The notes under the pieces: model-generated
Databases searched by the model: none
What the model was told of the DNA's origin: nothing
Seen by the model: the letters and a program-made list of their open reading frames with translations, nothing else
Virus record (IMG/VR): IMGVR_UViG_3300041402_000314
Span: 62,001 to 126,000 of that record
DNA length: 64,000 nt
Direction: 5' to 3' (one strand)
Part shown: piece after piece, positions 30,615-42,013 of the stretch
Layout of the letters: each line of letters begins with the position of its first letter
How positions within the stretch are numbered: the stretch's first letter is position 1
Program-made: the position numbers and the translations under genes

Positions 30615-31136
30615 ATGAAAATAATATTTCTTGATATAGACGGTGTTCTGAACCACCAACGATTTTACAAAGAGAGGTTTGAAGCCAGAAAGCAAGATAA
30701 ATTGGATGGTAATCTCGTCAAAAAGTCTCAGATTGATCGTGAAGCAGAAGAGATAGACCCTGAATCTGTCGAAAATTTGAATGAACTTATTGAGAATACT
30801 GGAGCTAAAGTTGTTATTAGTTCTACATGGAGATTGGGTACAGAGATCGAAACACTTCAAGCCATTCTCGAAAAACGAGGATTTGTTGGAGAGGTTATAG
30901 GTAAAACCCCTGTAGGTTGTGGTTGTTGTCAAAGAGGAAATGAAATTCATAAATGGTTAGGTGATAATCGCGATATCATAGATGAAGAAGGTAATAATTA
31001 TATAATTCTCGATGATGATAGTGATATGCTCTACTGGCAACGAAATAATTTTATAAACGTAGATCAATATGTTGGATTAACACCTAAACAGGTTTATAAA
31101 GCTACGAGATTTTTAACAGGTATAGGTCAATTGTGA
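30615..31136 (+). CDS. HAD phosphatase (Swiss-army-knife RNA-repair type)
   Basis: IFLDIDGVLN, VISSTWR, RGNEI..WL, YIILDDDSDM, GLT. Confidence 0.85.
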   Translation: MKIIFLDIDGVLNHQRFYKERFEARKQDKLDGNLVKKSQIDREAEEIDPESVENLNELIENTGAKVVISSTWRLGTEIETLQAILEKRGFVGEVIGKTPVGCGCCQRGNEIHKWLGDNRDIIDEEGNNYIILDDDSDMLYWQRNNFINVDQYVGLTPKQVYKATRFLTGIGQL

Positions 31137-31558
31137 AAGAGAATAAATTTAGGGTATGGGATACTTTTACTAAAAAGATGGTCTTTGAAGGATTTAATGT
31201 CATAGGAGAAGTAACATGCTTTAATGGTATTGAACAATATGGAGATGAACATCCTAATCCTGCATATGAATCATCATTGATGCGACTTAATGATTTCATT
31301 CTCATGCAATTTACTGGTCTTGCGGATAAAAACGGTAAAGACTTATATGAAAATGACTTGGTAATACACAAACATGATTTATCCGTATATCAGGTGATCT
31401 GGGTAGATGAAGAAGCTAAATTCATACTCAATTTAGTAAAGGGAAATGGTAATGATAGTATTGATGAAGATTTAAGTCCGTTGAATCTATCGCTATTTAC
31501 GATTATAGGAAATATATATGAGAAACCTGAATGGTTGGAGATAGAAAATGAAAGGTAG
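31133..31558 (+). CDS. YopX-family protein
   Basis: KFRVWD, MQFTGLADKNGKDLYENDLV, IIGNIYE.PE. Confidence 0.9.
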   Translation: MKENKFRVWDTFTKKMVFEGFNVIGEVTCFNGIEQYGDEHPNPAYESSLMRLNDFILMQFTGLADKNGKDLYENDLVIHKHDLSVYQVIWVDEEAKFILNLVKGNGNDSIDEDLSPLNLSLFTIIGNIYEKPEWLEIENER

Positions 31559-32177
31559 AATTTATAAAATACCACTATTGGAAAGGTTCACCTCTGTTAA
31601 TAGAGCATGTTTTACTTTTAGTCGTTGTAGGCCGATGACCGTAGATTCAATAGGTCTTTATGTGTATTATGATGATGAAAAGGATATTACAGTTAGTAAT
31701 GTTCGTCAGTCGCTAATAGGCGTTAAAGATACTCGTGTTATAGTAGTGGCGAAAAATGTAAATGAAGCTCTCGATAAATTTTATGATGAGTGGGATGGTG
31801 CTAAAGTAGGCGGTGATTTCATAGATTCTAAGGCACTATGGGTCAATCCTAATAGAAATATAGTTGAATATCCTAGCTGTAGTCTGTTAAACATAAACAG
31901 TAAAGATGAGCGTATTTGTGGGAAAGAAATAACGATGGGTGAAGACGAATATGCTCATAATTGTGGCGAATTTGGTTGGTGTACTTTAGATGGATATGAT
32001 AGCGATATGGATTGTCCTGTAGAAGCATGTAGTGGGTTTAATTATGAACTTAAACCCACGATAAAGACATGTAATCATAAAACAGGTATTTTTAAATATG
32101 AGTCATGTGATATGTTTTTAGATTGGAGTAAGAAATTTTTTAGCTCTACAGAAAACGTAAATTTAGAGGACTGAAAA

Positions 32178-33860
32178 ATGGCTAAATATACAGTAAGAGG
32201 AAAGGGAGAAACGACCTTAACCGATAGAAATTTCATCACTGAAGGCGGTGAGGGGAAAGTCTATGGGAAAGGCTCTACTATATACAAAATATATAGCGAT
32301 ATCAATAAGATGATACCAGAAGCCAAGATAAAGGAACTCGAAGTATTGACTTCGCCCAATATAATGAATCCTCAGAATGTCATACTAGATCAGAAATCTC
32401 GTATGGTTGGATTCACTATGGATAGGATAGACAACTCTCTGCCTATATGTAAACTGTTTACTACTGACTTCAGGAATAGAAATAATATAACGCCTGAGAT
32501 CATAGTCGATCTTGTAGATAATATACAAGAGACATTGAATTCCATACACGAAAAGAAAATAATATGCGTGGATTTAAACGAATTAAATTATCTGGTCAAG
32601 GAAAACGACTTTAAGACACCTTATTTTATAGATGTCGATTCGTACCAGACACCTAATTTTCCTGCTACTGCGATAATGCCTAACATAAGGGATTATAATA
32701 CGAATGGATTTAATCGCTTGACAGACTGGTATAGTTTCGCTATAATAGCTTTTCAGTTGTTCATTGGCATACATCCTTTTAAAGGTAAGAATCCTAATTT
32801 CAAGAAGAATAGCCTCATAGAGCGCATGAAACAGAATGTTAGTGTCTTTGATAAGGATACGAGGGTTCCTGCCTCTACAAGGGATTTTAGCCACATTCCT
32901 AGCCATTATATGGCGTGGTTCGAAAGGCTATTCCAGAAAGGTGAGAGATTAGAGCCACCTTCTATAGCTGGACTGCTTAATGTAATGCAGGTTCAAACAG
33001 AAATAATAGATAGTACGGATAACTTTATAATAAAATTTCTCCGAGACTATAAGAATCCTGTTACCAGTTATTTCAATTTTAGTGGTACTGATGGAACCAC
33101 CACTACGAAGGAAGGTTATATAGGCAAGGTAGGATATGATATCGATAACGCCAATTCGGTTCTGGTATTCGGTGAAAAATTCCTTACACCAATAATAGCG
33201 ACTGTAACGGATGAAAAATTAGTCTTGACAAACCTGAAGACAAATGTTATAATCCCTAATGTATTCATAAACGCTAAGAAAATAACTAAGGTAGGGAATA
33301 AGTTATTTGTATATCAGGGCGAGAAGTTCTTGGAAGTAGGTATAGTTGAAATGAATGGTAAGGTACTGGCGAACGTAGCTAAGACCTACAATGTTATGCC
33401 TAACTCCACTCAGGTATTTGATGGGTTCCTTTATAGCACTATGTTGGAGAAACCATATCTGATGATACCTCAGAATGGTAATTTCGTTCCTGTTCCAGTA
33501 AAAGAGCTGGAGAAATACAAGATCATAGACGGTAAATTTGAGAACGGTGTCTGTGTGATAACAGCATATAAAGATGGTGGCTATGATCGGTTTACCTTTG
33601 TCTTCGAGGGAGTTAATTATACCTTCAGGAAAGATGAGGATGTAGCTGGAAAATCGGTTAACTTCACTGTTCTAAGCAATGGAATAGTCGTTAGTATAAC
33701 TGATGATGGAACTATGGAGATATTTAAGAATGATAGTAGCCATAATAAGATGAAGGTTATACATGACCCTGCTATCAGTTCCGATATGAAACTCTGTAAT
33801 AACGGCCTCGAAGTATTATTCTATCGAGGCAATGAAATGTACTCTTTAAAGATGAAGTGA
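32178..33860 (+). CDS. Ser/Thr protein kinase-like protein with a beta-rich C-terminal domain
   Basis: GGEGKVY, IYKIY, DLNELNYLV, IDVDSYQ, TDWYSFA...GIHPFKG. Confidence 0.88.
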   Translation: MAKYTVRGKGETTLTDRNFITEGGEGKVYGKGSTIYKIYSDINKMIPEAKIKELEVLTSPNIMNPQNVILDQKSRMVGFTMDRIDNSLPICKLFTTDFRNRNNITPEIIVDLVDNIQETLNSIHEKKIICVDLNELNYLVKENDFKTPYFIDVDSYQTPNFPATAIMPNIRDYNTNGFNRLTDWYSFAIIAFQLFIGIHPFKGKNPNFKKNSLIERMKQNVSVFDKDTRVPASTRDFSHIPSHYMAWFERLFQKGERLEPPSIAGLLNVMQVQTEIIDSTDNFIIKFLRDYKNPVTSYFNFSGTDGTTTTKEGYIGKVGYDIDNANSVLVFGEKFLTPIIATVTDEKLVLTNLKTNVIIPNVFINAKKITKVGNKLFVYQGEKFLEVGIVEMNGKVLANVAKTYNVMPNSTQVFDGFLYSTMLEKPYLMIPQNGNFVPVPVKELEKYKIIDGKFENGVCVITAYKDGGYDRFTFVFEGVNYTFRKDEDVAGKSVNFTVLSNGIVVSITDDGTMEIFKNDSSHNKMKVIHDPAISSDMKLCNNGLEVLFYRGNEMYSLKMK

Positions 33861-35188
33861 GGTATTGAAAATGGAAAAGCCATATATTGAAGAAAAAGTT
33901 ATAACCACACTTAGAAAGTATAATCCAGATTATGGTGATGATAGAATATGTATGTGCGGTCATCCCTACTATCGACATTTTGATAGCTATGAAGATATGT
34001 ATCCTCGCGGTTGTAAGTATTGTGGTTGTTTTACTTTTAAAGAAGAAAATCCGAATGAATGGCGAAAATCTTCTATTCGTCCTACAAAAGCTGGATATTA
34101 CGAAACGAAATGTATATACGATTCAAAAGATCACATATATGAAAGATTCTACAATAGAAAAACAGATAGGTGGGGAACTAGAAATTTTCCCTACCAGCCT
34201 ACTTACTGGAGACCAATCGCGTGACACCATATTTAATAATTTTTACAACAGCATTTATCCAGATATTTTTTGTATCTTTACAGACAATACAGATTGCTAG
34301 GGTTGATACTATGGAGTATGCAGCAACTAGAATATTCGTGGTAAGTATTTGTATTGCACTAGCATGGCTTTATAATATAAATAAAGGCGTAAAGGATTGC
34401 CGTCTAACAAAATTTATTTATATTATGGGTACATCAACTGGTGCTGTTTGTGGAGCTAAAGTAAACGCTATAATTGGAGCGATAATATGAAAAAGGAAAA
34501 TATTCAAACCCCTGCTGATTTCGAAGAATATTATGGTAGTCTGCCGAGTGTGGAAACAAAATGGAAGAAGGTGGATATCGTAAAGGAAGAATTTGATATC
34601 ATGGATTTGATGGGCGCAACGGTGGTCTATCACGGAAATACCAGTGAGGATAAATCTATAGGTATGGTGGGAACTCACGAGAGAGAAATGGTCATAGTTT
34701 GGAAAGATAATTGTGAGGATACCATTATAGATTCCGATCATGGTAGACAAGTTCTTAAGGAAAGTAGAATATTTCCGATATAAGGGGAGAAAATGGATAA
34801 TAGAATTTTTAACGTAAACGGCAAGGGTTGTGAAGATTTACAGGCTACATTAGAGCTTGTATTCAAACAATCGCGCATGACTTGTGATGGTTGGTCATTT
34901 AGTAGAAAGCATGGACTGATATTACATTGGTGTGATGGAGATGCCGTAAATAAACTCCCTTCATCTATAAAGTCCGAAGACGCTACAAAACTCGTGTGGT
35001 CGTGGCTACAGACTGATGAAGCTGGAACTGTTGAACAGGAGCATTGGGATAGTAATTATCAACATGATGGACATAATGGGACAGGATGGAGAGTCTACTG
35101 TGAAGATTGGGGTCATGCGAATAATGATTGGGGTGCTATTTGCGCTATAAAACCAGTCTATCTATGGTATGGTAAATAAGGAGAAGTC

Positions 35189-35647
35189 ATGGAGCAGAAA
35201 TACGAAAGTCCTGATGTTAATATTAGGGAAAAAAGTGTTACGTATAAAGAATACAAGAATCCGTCTGTAGCTGTAGACATAATCATAATAAATGAAGATG
35301 GGAGAATAGTTCTGATCGAAAGAAAGAATCCGCCTTATGGTTGGGCATTACCCGGAGGATTTGTTGATTGTGGTGAAACACTTATGAATGCTGCTATCAG
35401 GGAAGCTAAAGAGGAAACATGTGTCGATGTTAAAATATTGGAAAGTTTGGGTGTATACGATGACCCTAAAAGAGACCCTAGACAACATGTAATTTCTGCT
35501 GTTTTCATAGCAACCGCTTTTAATCAGACACCAAAAGCTGCGGATGACGCAAAGAATCTTAAGATATATTCTTTAGATGATTTACCAGAATTGGCTTTCG
35601 ATCATACTAAAATTTTAGATGACTTTATGGGATGGGCTAAAAACTAA
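35189..35647 (+). CDS. Nudix hydrolase (ADP-ribose pyrophosphatase-like)
   Basis: [26 protein letters not shown] Nudix box; RDPR; LAFDH. Confidence 0.92.
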   Translation: MEQKYESPDVNIREKSVTYKEYKNPSVAVDIIIINEDGRIVLIERKNPPYGWALPGGFVDCGETLMNAAIREAKEETCVDVKILESLGVYDDPKRDPRQHVISAVFIATAFNQTPKAADDAKNLKIYSLDDLPELAFDHTKILDDFMGWAKN

Positions 35648-35879
35648 TGGATAAAGAAATTTATGGTAGATGGTTTTCAGTTTACCGATGTTCTGCCTGT
35701 AAGGAAAGATTGAGACGGAATGTAATGATGTATTCACATGGCTGCTGTCCTCATTGTGGTGTTAAATCAGGAGCCACCATAGTAGATTGTGATGAAGGCT
35801 CGGCAAGAAACATATATACAAAAAGGTCTTTTTGGTTTAAGAAATACAAAAGACATGAATGTAAATGGAGTGAGAAATA

Positions 35880-36302
35880 ATGAATTTGACGATACTTTTT
35901 ATAACACATTTTCTCTTTGACTTTATATTCCAGTCGAGGGAAATGGGTAAAAAGAAATCTGAAGATATCAATTTTCTTCTAAAGCATGGCGGTATCCTCT
36001 TCATGGGTTATATGTGGGCTGCATATGCCATATGTGATAACATAGCTGATATGTTTGCTATGAGTGCCGTAATCGTTCTCATTCATTGTATCCAAGATTG
36101 GTATATCTGGAGAGGTTATAAATGGCTGGCTAAGAGGCAAATAGCTAGAGAGAATTTTGATGGTGATATGAACAATACATGGATGGATGAAGAGCTGAAG
36201 ATATTCAAATATTGGGAAGACCATAAATTTTATGCTACTATAGGTCTCGACCAGACTCTTCATTTCATAACAATAGTTTTAATTTATAATTGGGTGATGT
36301 AA
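35880..36302 (+). CDS. DUF3307-like membrane protein
   Basis: HFLFDFIFQ..M...K, H, H..QD, GLDQTLH. Confidence 0.7.
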   Translation: MNLTILFITHFLFDFIFQSREMGKKKSEDINFLLKHGGILFMGYMWAAYAICDNIADMFAMSAVIVLIHCIQDWYIWRGYKWLAKRQIARENFDGDMNNTWMDEELKIFKYWEDHKFYATIGLDQTLHFITIVLIYNWVM

Positions 36303-36511
36303 AATGATACGAAAATATAATAAAGATTGTAAATGTTTTAAATGTGGTCATAATGATATATCAGATACTTTTCTAGTAAAAGGTAAATATTACTTCTTGT
36401 TAGATGGAAATTCGCGTAAATGGATTCCAGCCGAAGAAGAAATGATAGAACGCACCTGTCGTAATTGCGGATATCAATTTTATGAATTACCCTTAAATGA
36501 AGGTGGCTTAA

Positions 36512-37135
36512 ATGCTTAGAATAGGCTTGACTGGAAATATGGGTTCTGGGAAGGATACGGTAGCCCAAATACTCTCTAAAAAGAAAGGATTCATAGAATC
36601 CAATTCTGATGATATCTGTAGATGGTTATGGGAGAATGATGAGGATATTCAAATAGCGGTCTCTGCTCTTTTCTGTGGTGCTACTGATAGAGCAACCATA
36701 GCTAAATTGGCTTTCGATAATGAAAAAAAGAGAAAGAAATTAGAACAGATTTTTCATCCCAGAGTCGATGGATTACATGCTTGTGATTTTTACATGCATT
36801 ATGATACCGAAGATTTCTTGATCGTCAATTCTCCTCTTCTTATAGAGACTGGTTATTATGAGAAGATGGATTTTGTAGTGGTTGTTGGTGCTGATAGAGA
36901 GACCTGTATCGAGCGAGTTCTGGAACGAAATAAGAATCTAAGTCGAGAAGACATAGAGAAAAGATTGGATATCCAGATGCCTTTAGAAAATATGTTTCCA
37001 TATGCTGATTATGTTGTGGAAAATTGCGGAACTAAAAAAGAGCTTGACAATGAAGTTGAAAAGTTGTATAATAGGCTTCTTGAACTTAAATCTTATGAGG
37101 TGACTAGCAGTGAAAGTAGCAATATATCCGGGTAG
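36512..37135 (+). CDS. coaE: Dephospho-CoA kinase
   Basis: IGLTGNMGSGKDT, DRA.IA...F, LEQIFHP, PLLIE, RL..QMP, AD.V.EN. Confidence 0.88.
   Translation: MLRIGLTGNMGSGKDTVAQILSKKKGFIESNSDDICRWLWENDEDIQIAVSALFCGATDRATIAKLAFDNEKKRKKLEQIFHPRVDGLHACDFYMHYDTEDFLIVNSPLLIETGYYEKMDFVVVVGADRETCIERVLERNKNLSREDIEKRLDIQMPLENMFPYADYVVENCGTKKELDNEVEKLYNRLLELKSYEVTSSESSNISG
37044..37072 (+). promoter_or_regulatory. Consensus sigma70 promoter inside the coaE 3' end
   Basis: TTGACA-N17-TATAAT with extended TG, ~40 nt before the coaD start. Confidence 0.7.
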
Positions 37136-37595
37136 TTTTAATCCCTTTCATAGAGGACATGTCGATGTAGTTAGACAAGCCTTAAAGCTATTCGATAAAG
37201 TGATCATAGCTAAAGGCTGTAATCCAGATAAGAATGAATACGTATTGCCTATATTAACCTTCTCCGATGAATTTGTTGGAAAAGAATTACATGGAATTAA
37301 AGATTTCTATGGAAAGGACTCTATGGAAGTGGATAAGTTTACTGGATTATTTACTGACTACATCGAGGAATTCAAAGACGGTATAAAATCTGAGGAATTA
37401 GATGTCCAATTAGCCGTCATCAAAGGTCTCAGGAACGGTCAAGACCTTGAATATGAGAAGAATCAACAATATTGGAATGAAGATTTGGGTATAGAGATTC
37501 CTTTCTTCTATATAATATCTGATAGAAAATATTGTCATATATCCAGTTCTGCTATAAGAGGATTGGAGAAATTTAAGGAGAATAAAGATGGGTGA
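37110..37595 (+). CDS. coaD: Phosphopantetheine adenylyltransferase
   Basis: AIYPGSFNPFHRGH, NPDK, KGLR...D.EYE, ISSSAIR. Confidence 0.88.
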   Translation: MKVAIYPGSFNPFHRGHVDVVRQALKLFDKVIIAKGCNPDKNEYVLPILTFSDEFVGKELHGIKDFYGKDSMEVDKFTGLFTDYIEEFKDGIKSEELDVQLAVIKGLRNGQDLEYEKNQQYWNEDLGIEIPFFYIISDRKYCHISSSAIRGLEKFKENKDG

Positions 37596-37713
37596 TAATT
37601 TATCAGTTACTATAGTAATATCTGTTGTTGCGATTTGTATCACAATATATAGTGTAATAGAATTATTACAAAATTGTAATTAAAATTTAAAACTAAAAAC
37701 GGAGGAAAGTAAT

Positions 37714-38163
37714 ATGTTTGGAAAAAATGATAAGAAGTTGATGGAAGAAAATGAAGGACTGGTAACGGCTAATGAGAAGCTTGCAAAGGACATCGATAAG
37801 ATCAAGAAGGAACTGAGTAAGGAAAAGGTTTCCCTAACTGATACTATCGACAGCCTGAGTAATGAGAAGAGGAGACTTAAGGAAGAAGTTGCAGACCTTA
37901 AGCTCCAGAAGAAGATTGAAAATGAAGACCTCAAGCACATGATCAAGATCAAGGAAGAGAAAGCTGAGATCGTTATGGAGAAGAAACAGCTTGAGATGCA
38001 GAGGGAGAGTGATAAAGCTATCCAGACGATCAGAGATGAGTACCAGAAGAAGACTGAATTGAGCCTTGAAGATCAAATCAAAAAGATGGGCGAGACTACC
38101 GATAAGATTATGGCTCTTGTACCTAACATCGGTGTTAAGCTTAAGGGCGACATCACCAAGTAA
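37714..38163 (+). CDS. Coiled-coil protein
   Basis: K/E-rich heptads; GGAGG RBS. Confidence 0.7.
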   Translation: MFGKNDKKLMEENEGLVTANEKLAKDIDKIKKELSKEKVSLTDTIDSLSNEKRRLKEEVADLKLQKKIENEDLKHMIKIKEEKAEIVMEKKQLEMQRESDKAIQTIRDEYQKKTELSLEDQIKKMGETTDKIMALVPNIGVKLKGDITK

Positions 38164-38369
38164 TGGGATTGCCTTTTTATCCTCAAATTATATGGCCTAA
38201 TCCAAGCGGATTGTCACCTATATCTTCTGGCGGATGTTATACTATGGAAACTAACGAAACTGGTTCTGGTTTTGGATGTGGAAGTACGTCTATCAAAGTT
38301 AGAGAAGAGCTGACAATCCGCGAGGAGCTACAAATGGATGTTGATATTTGGCTCGGAGATGTGGTATAA
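38163..38369 (+). CDS. Hypothetical protein with C-terminal LQxxxDxWL motif
   Basis: ...ELTIREELQMDVDIWLGDVV. Confidence 0.65.
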   Translation: MGLPFYPQIIWPNPSGLSPISSGGCYTMETNETGSGFGCGSTSIKVREELTIREELQMDVDIWLGDVV

Positions 38370-38875
38370 TGGGTGAAATTTTTCATGGTGGTTGTCTTGG
38401 TTGTACCAATCAGGAGTTTTATGACTTAGTGGAATGTGTTGATTGTATGTATTATAAATTCGATGCATTCAGCACTAAACCTAATAATTATAAATCTGAA
38501 AAGCTAACAAAAGAGTATGACCCTGTTACTGATAGTTATTATGCTCTGAAACCTGATGAGAAGATCGTCCATTATCAAGAGAACTATGAACTTGATGAAA
38601 ATGGTAGAGCATTTCAACCAATGCATACTAGGATAGTCAAAAAAAATAATGCGCTTAATACTGTTTGGGATTCTAGGGATGAAAAGTTACCATCATATGA
38701 GGTCGATCATATGGATATAACCCATATGGGTCAAAAATTTCGCATTGCTGGTCATAGAACGGAAGTCCCTGATTATAGCGGTTCTGTTGCTGAATGGGTA
38801 GAACCGCCCAAGGAATTTGGGCTAGTGGATGAACTACAGAAAGAGACCGATGAATGGTTGGTAGGAGTGGTATAG
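38369..38875 (+). CDS. Hypothetical protein with C-terminal LQxExDxWL motif
   Basis: ...EFGLVDELQKETDEWLVGVV; N-terminal CxxC pairs. Confidence 0.7.
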   Translation: MGEIFHGGCLGCTNQEFYDLVECVDCMYYKFDAFSTKPNNYKSEKLTKEYDPVTDSYYALKPDEKIVHYQENYELDENGRAFQPMHTRIVKKNNALNTVWDSRDEKLPSYEVDHMDITHMGQKFRIAGHRTEVPDYSGSVAEWVEPPKEFGLVDELQKETDEWLVGVV

Positions 38876-39217
38876 ATGAGAAATAGTTTAGATCATTTGC
38901 CTAAATATAACCCCAAGGGTACTGTCTTTGATATCGAGTCTAAAGATTTTAGAGATTCCGCTAGTGATTATGAGAAAATGGCCAGGGATGATATTAATCG
39001 AGGTATGGGTTTGCCTGTTGATATGGTAGATATGAGAGAAAAAATTCTCTCTAGTCTTAGCATTTCAGATAGGATAGCACTTATGCATGGTGATAGTATA
39101 GCAGGAACCTTATTAGGGGTTCCTGTTAATCTCCATAATTATCCTAATATCGGATTTACTAAAGAGCTGACTCTAAGGGAAACCTTACAGGAGGAAATAG
39201 ATAAATGGCTATGTTAA
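38876..39217 (+). CDS. Hypothetical protein with C-terminal LQxExDxWL motif
   Basis: ...ELTLRETLQEEIDKWLC. Confidence 0.7.
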   Translation: MRNSLDHLPKYNPKGTVFDIESKDFRDSASDYEKMARDDINRGMGLPVDMVDMREKILSSLSISDRIALMHGDSIAGTLLGVPVNLHNYPNIGFTKELTLRETLQEEIDKWLC

Positions 39218-39645
39218 GTTGTGTCAAGTCTGATGTATTATTAAATGCTATTGGTCAAGAACTTGATGTTAGATATGGGAAAGGAGAAACATATAAAGAT
39301 TTTGACCCTATTAATTATAGAGAGACATATACTCACATAACGGAAGATCATATTAAGAGAACTTTCGAGTTAGATAGATTTGTTATGGAGAGAAATTTAC
39401 GTGGGAATGAATGGTCGAATTCGTTGCGTTTAATTGAGGAAGATCATAGCCATCATTGTCCTGAGATGAGTCCTAAGAAGCAACCAAGGCATGTAATTAA
39501 ACAAGGATTTGAACCCATATATGATTGGGAGTTACCGAAATCAACTAAACCAAAGAAGAAAAGTAAGCTGATAGGTAATATCAGAGAACGTTTACAAAAA
39601 GAAACCGATAACTGGTTAAAATCAGTCCAGAAAGAAGAGGACTAA
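39205..39645 (+). CDS. Hypothetical protein with C-terminal LQxExDxWL motif
   Basis: ...NIRERLQKETDNWLKSV. Confidence 0.7.
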   Translation: MAMLSCVKSDVLLNAIGQELDVRYGKGETYKDFDPINYRETYTHITEDHIKRTFELDRFVMERNLRGNEWSNSLRLIEEDHSHHCPEMSPKKQPRHVIKQGFEPIYDWELPKSTKPKKKSKLIGNIRERLQKETDNWLKSVQKEED

Positions 39646-39854
39646 ATACTTGGGAGGAATAACAGCATATGAGATTCATTAAAATTTTAGAAAGAACTCC
39701 TAGATGTGATGAAAGAGTAGATGATAGAATTAACCAATTGCGTGATATTAGTATGTTGGCTGATAAGGTAGGATGTTCGAAAGCTGCTGAGTTCATTAGG
39801 AAAATATCGGCAGGTAAATCGCATTATAAAATTAAAGAAAAGTAAAGAGGATAT

Positions 39855-40586
39855 ATGTTAGGAGAAATTAGGTTAAAATATTTCTTGGATGGTATTGGAA
39901 ATTATAGGGATTGTAGTGATCTTCTTTACACTATTGATTCTAGTACAGATACCCGATATTTTAAAGAAGGGCAGGTAATAGAGATAGACCATGCTTTTTT
40001 TAAAGTAAGGGCTATTGAATTAGCTTATATTCCTCTGCCTTGGGAAGGGAAAGGCGAGAAACCTAATAGGGATAAGCCTATAAAAATAATTTACGTCACA
40101 TCCTGTAAAGTAGTTATGATGGGTGATAAGCGTAAGAAAGAAATTGTCGCCATTAATACGATTCCTAAACTGAAGGATTTACCTGAATTCGATATCTCAG
40201 AGATAGTGGATGATACCGATTACACTCAGGAAGACTTCAAGGATGATTTCGCGTATCTTGAATCAGAAGAAGCTAAAAAGAAGAAAAAGAAAGAAGCGAA
40301 GATAATAGCTAAAGCTGATCTAGCTAAACTGAAAAGTCTCAAGAAGAGAAAGAAGTTATCTACTCCTAAAGAGGAGAAACCTGTTAAAAATCTCAGACGT
40401 AAGATCAGGACTACTGATGTGATGGATATGTTTGGTGGAAATGATACTGAGAAGCCTGAGAATGCTCCTGAGTCCACAAAGAAGGCAAAGGATAAGCCAG
40501 TGTCTAAGAATACTAGAAAGAAGCGTTGTAAGGGCTGTGGTGATCTTTTCAATGACTTAGATAAACATATATGTAAGGGGAAATAA
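39855..40586 (+). CDS. Hypothetical protein with Lys-rich linker and C-terminal zinc knuckle
   Basis: CKGC...HIC at the C-terminus. Confidence 0.6.
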   Translation: MLGEIRLKYFLDGIGNYRDCSDLLYTIDSSTDTRYFKEGQVIEIDHAFFKVRAIELAYIPLPWEGKGEKPNRDKPIKIIYVTSCKVVMMGDKRKKEIVAINTIPKLKDLPEFDISEIVDDTDYTQEDFKDDFAYLESEEAKKKKKKEAKIIAKADLAKLKSLKKRKKLSTPKEEKPVKNLRRKIRTTDVMDMFGGNDTEKPENAPESTKKAKDKPVSKNTRKKRCKGCGDLFNDLDKHICKGK

Positions 40587-42013
40587 TTATGGATGCCATA
40601 TATGAATTATATACAGGAGATTATATCGATCTTTCAAATCTAGTTCTTGTCAGTAAAATATATTTTTATGATAGTAGTTTAGGCCGTGAACCAGAGAAAG
40701 AATCGTGGGGGCGTGTAGTTTTTAGATGCAAGTTTAGACTTTTAAAAGATACTGTTGATATCGGTGATAATAAGAATGTCACTGGTGAAAAAGAGATCGA
40801 AGAGAAAAAGAAATTTGTTGAACGCGAACGACAAGAGTTAATCAGCGCATGGAATTTATATAGAAAGTCGGAGAGAGAATAAATGAAAAAGGATGAACTA
40901 GGAAAAAGAATACTTGAAATCCCAGAAGATGGTGAATTTTGGAATAGTGGCTGCGGTGACTCTTTCTATGATGTCGGTAAGATACTTTTGGAAAAGGGAT
41001 TCAGTATGGATGAGACTATAGATATGCTCGAAACTCTTTATTTTGCTACTGCCTCTGAATTTGGGTCTTAATATGACAGACGCTATTTGTGATGTTAAAA
41101 AATGCCAGAAAGAATTGGACGAGAAAGGAGCATTATTATTCAGTCCTCCAGCTAAATCTATTAATCGGGTATTCGGTCTGGGTGGTGAAATAGACGTGAC
41201 TCGAAAATTCCATATCTGTAAAGAATGCTATTACGATATAATTCATAATTATATGGAGGATTAACTTGAAAATAAAAGAAGGTGTGGAAGTTTCAACCAG
41301 TGAATTTTGGTATGATATGAGTGAAGGATATTTATCGCCTCAAGAAATATTAGAAGACAAAAACGATATTGAAAAGGTATATCGGGCGATTAATACCCTC
41401 AAGGTTTTTAAGCAGTCATGTGAGGAACAAATAGAAGGTTTTATTCAATAGGAGAAGTAATGGATATAACAATTGATGCCGATAACGTTGAAGTTAATAG
41501 TGGTTACTTTGGTGGGAAAAATCTCAGAGTAGATTTACGCGAGGTCGTTGCTAGTGATATATTAGAAAGTTTATTTGAGGACTTTCATGATTATGATATA
41601 GTGGGTCTAATTCTTGAACAAATATCTTTAAATGACTTTACTGATGCCTTGGAGGAGAATGACCGAGAAGAATTATATAGAAAATTGAAGGGGGAAATCG
41701 AATAATATTACCGTTCGGGAAATATTCGATATAAATACTTATAAAAAGGAAATGAGTATCTTATATGGAATTAAACCCAACAACAGATTTAATAAACGCC
41801 CTTGAGGGTGAGCTAGTCCACATAAAGACTTTCGATGAATATGAAATGATTGACCGTTATAACATCAAAGAAGCTGGTACACTATATATGCTGAATAATA
41901 GATGTTCGGTGGAAGCAACTAATATATCATCTATTCAATGGATTAATGATCATAAAGACCCTGATAAAGATAAGACTTATTATGGCCTGAAAGAATCGAC
42001 TAAGGAACATTAA

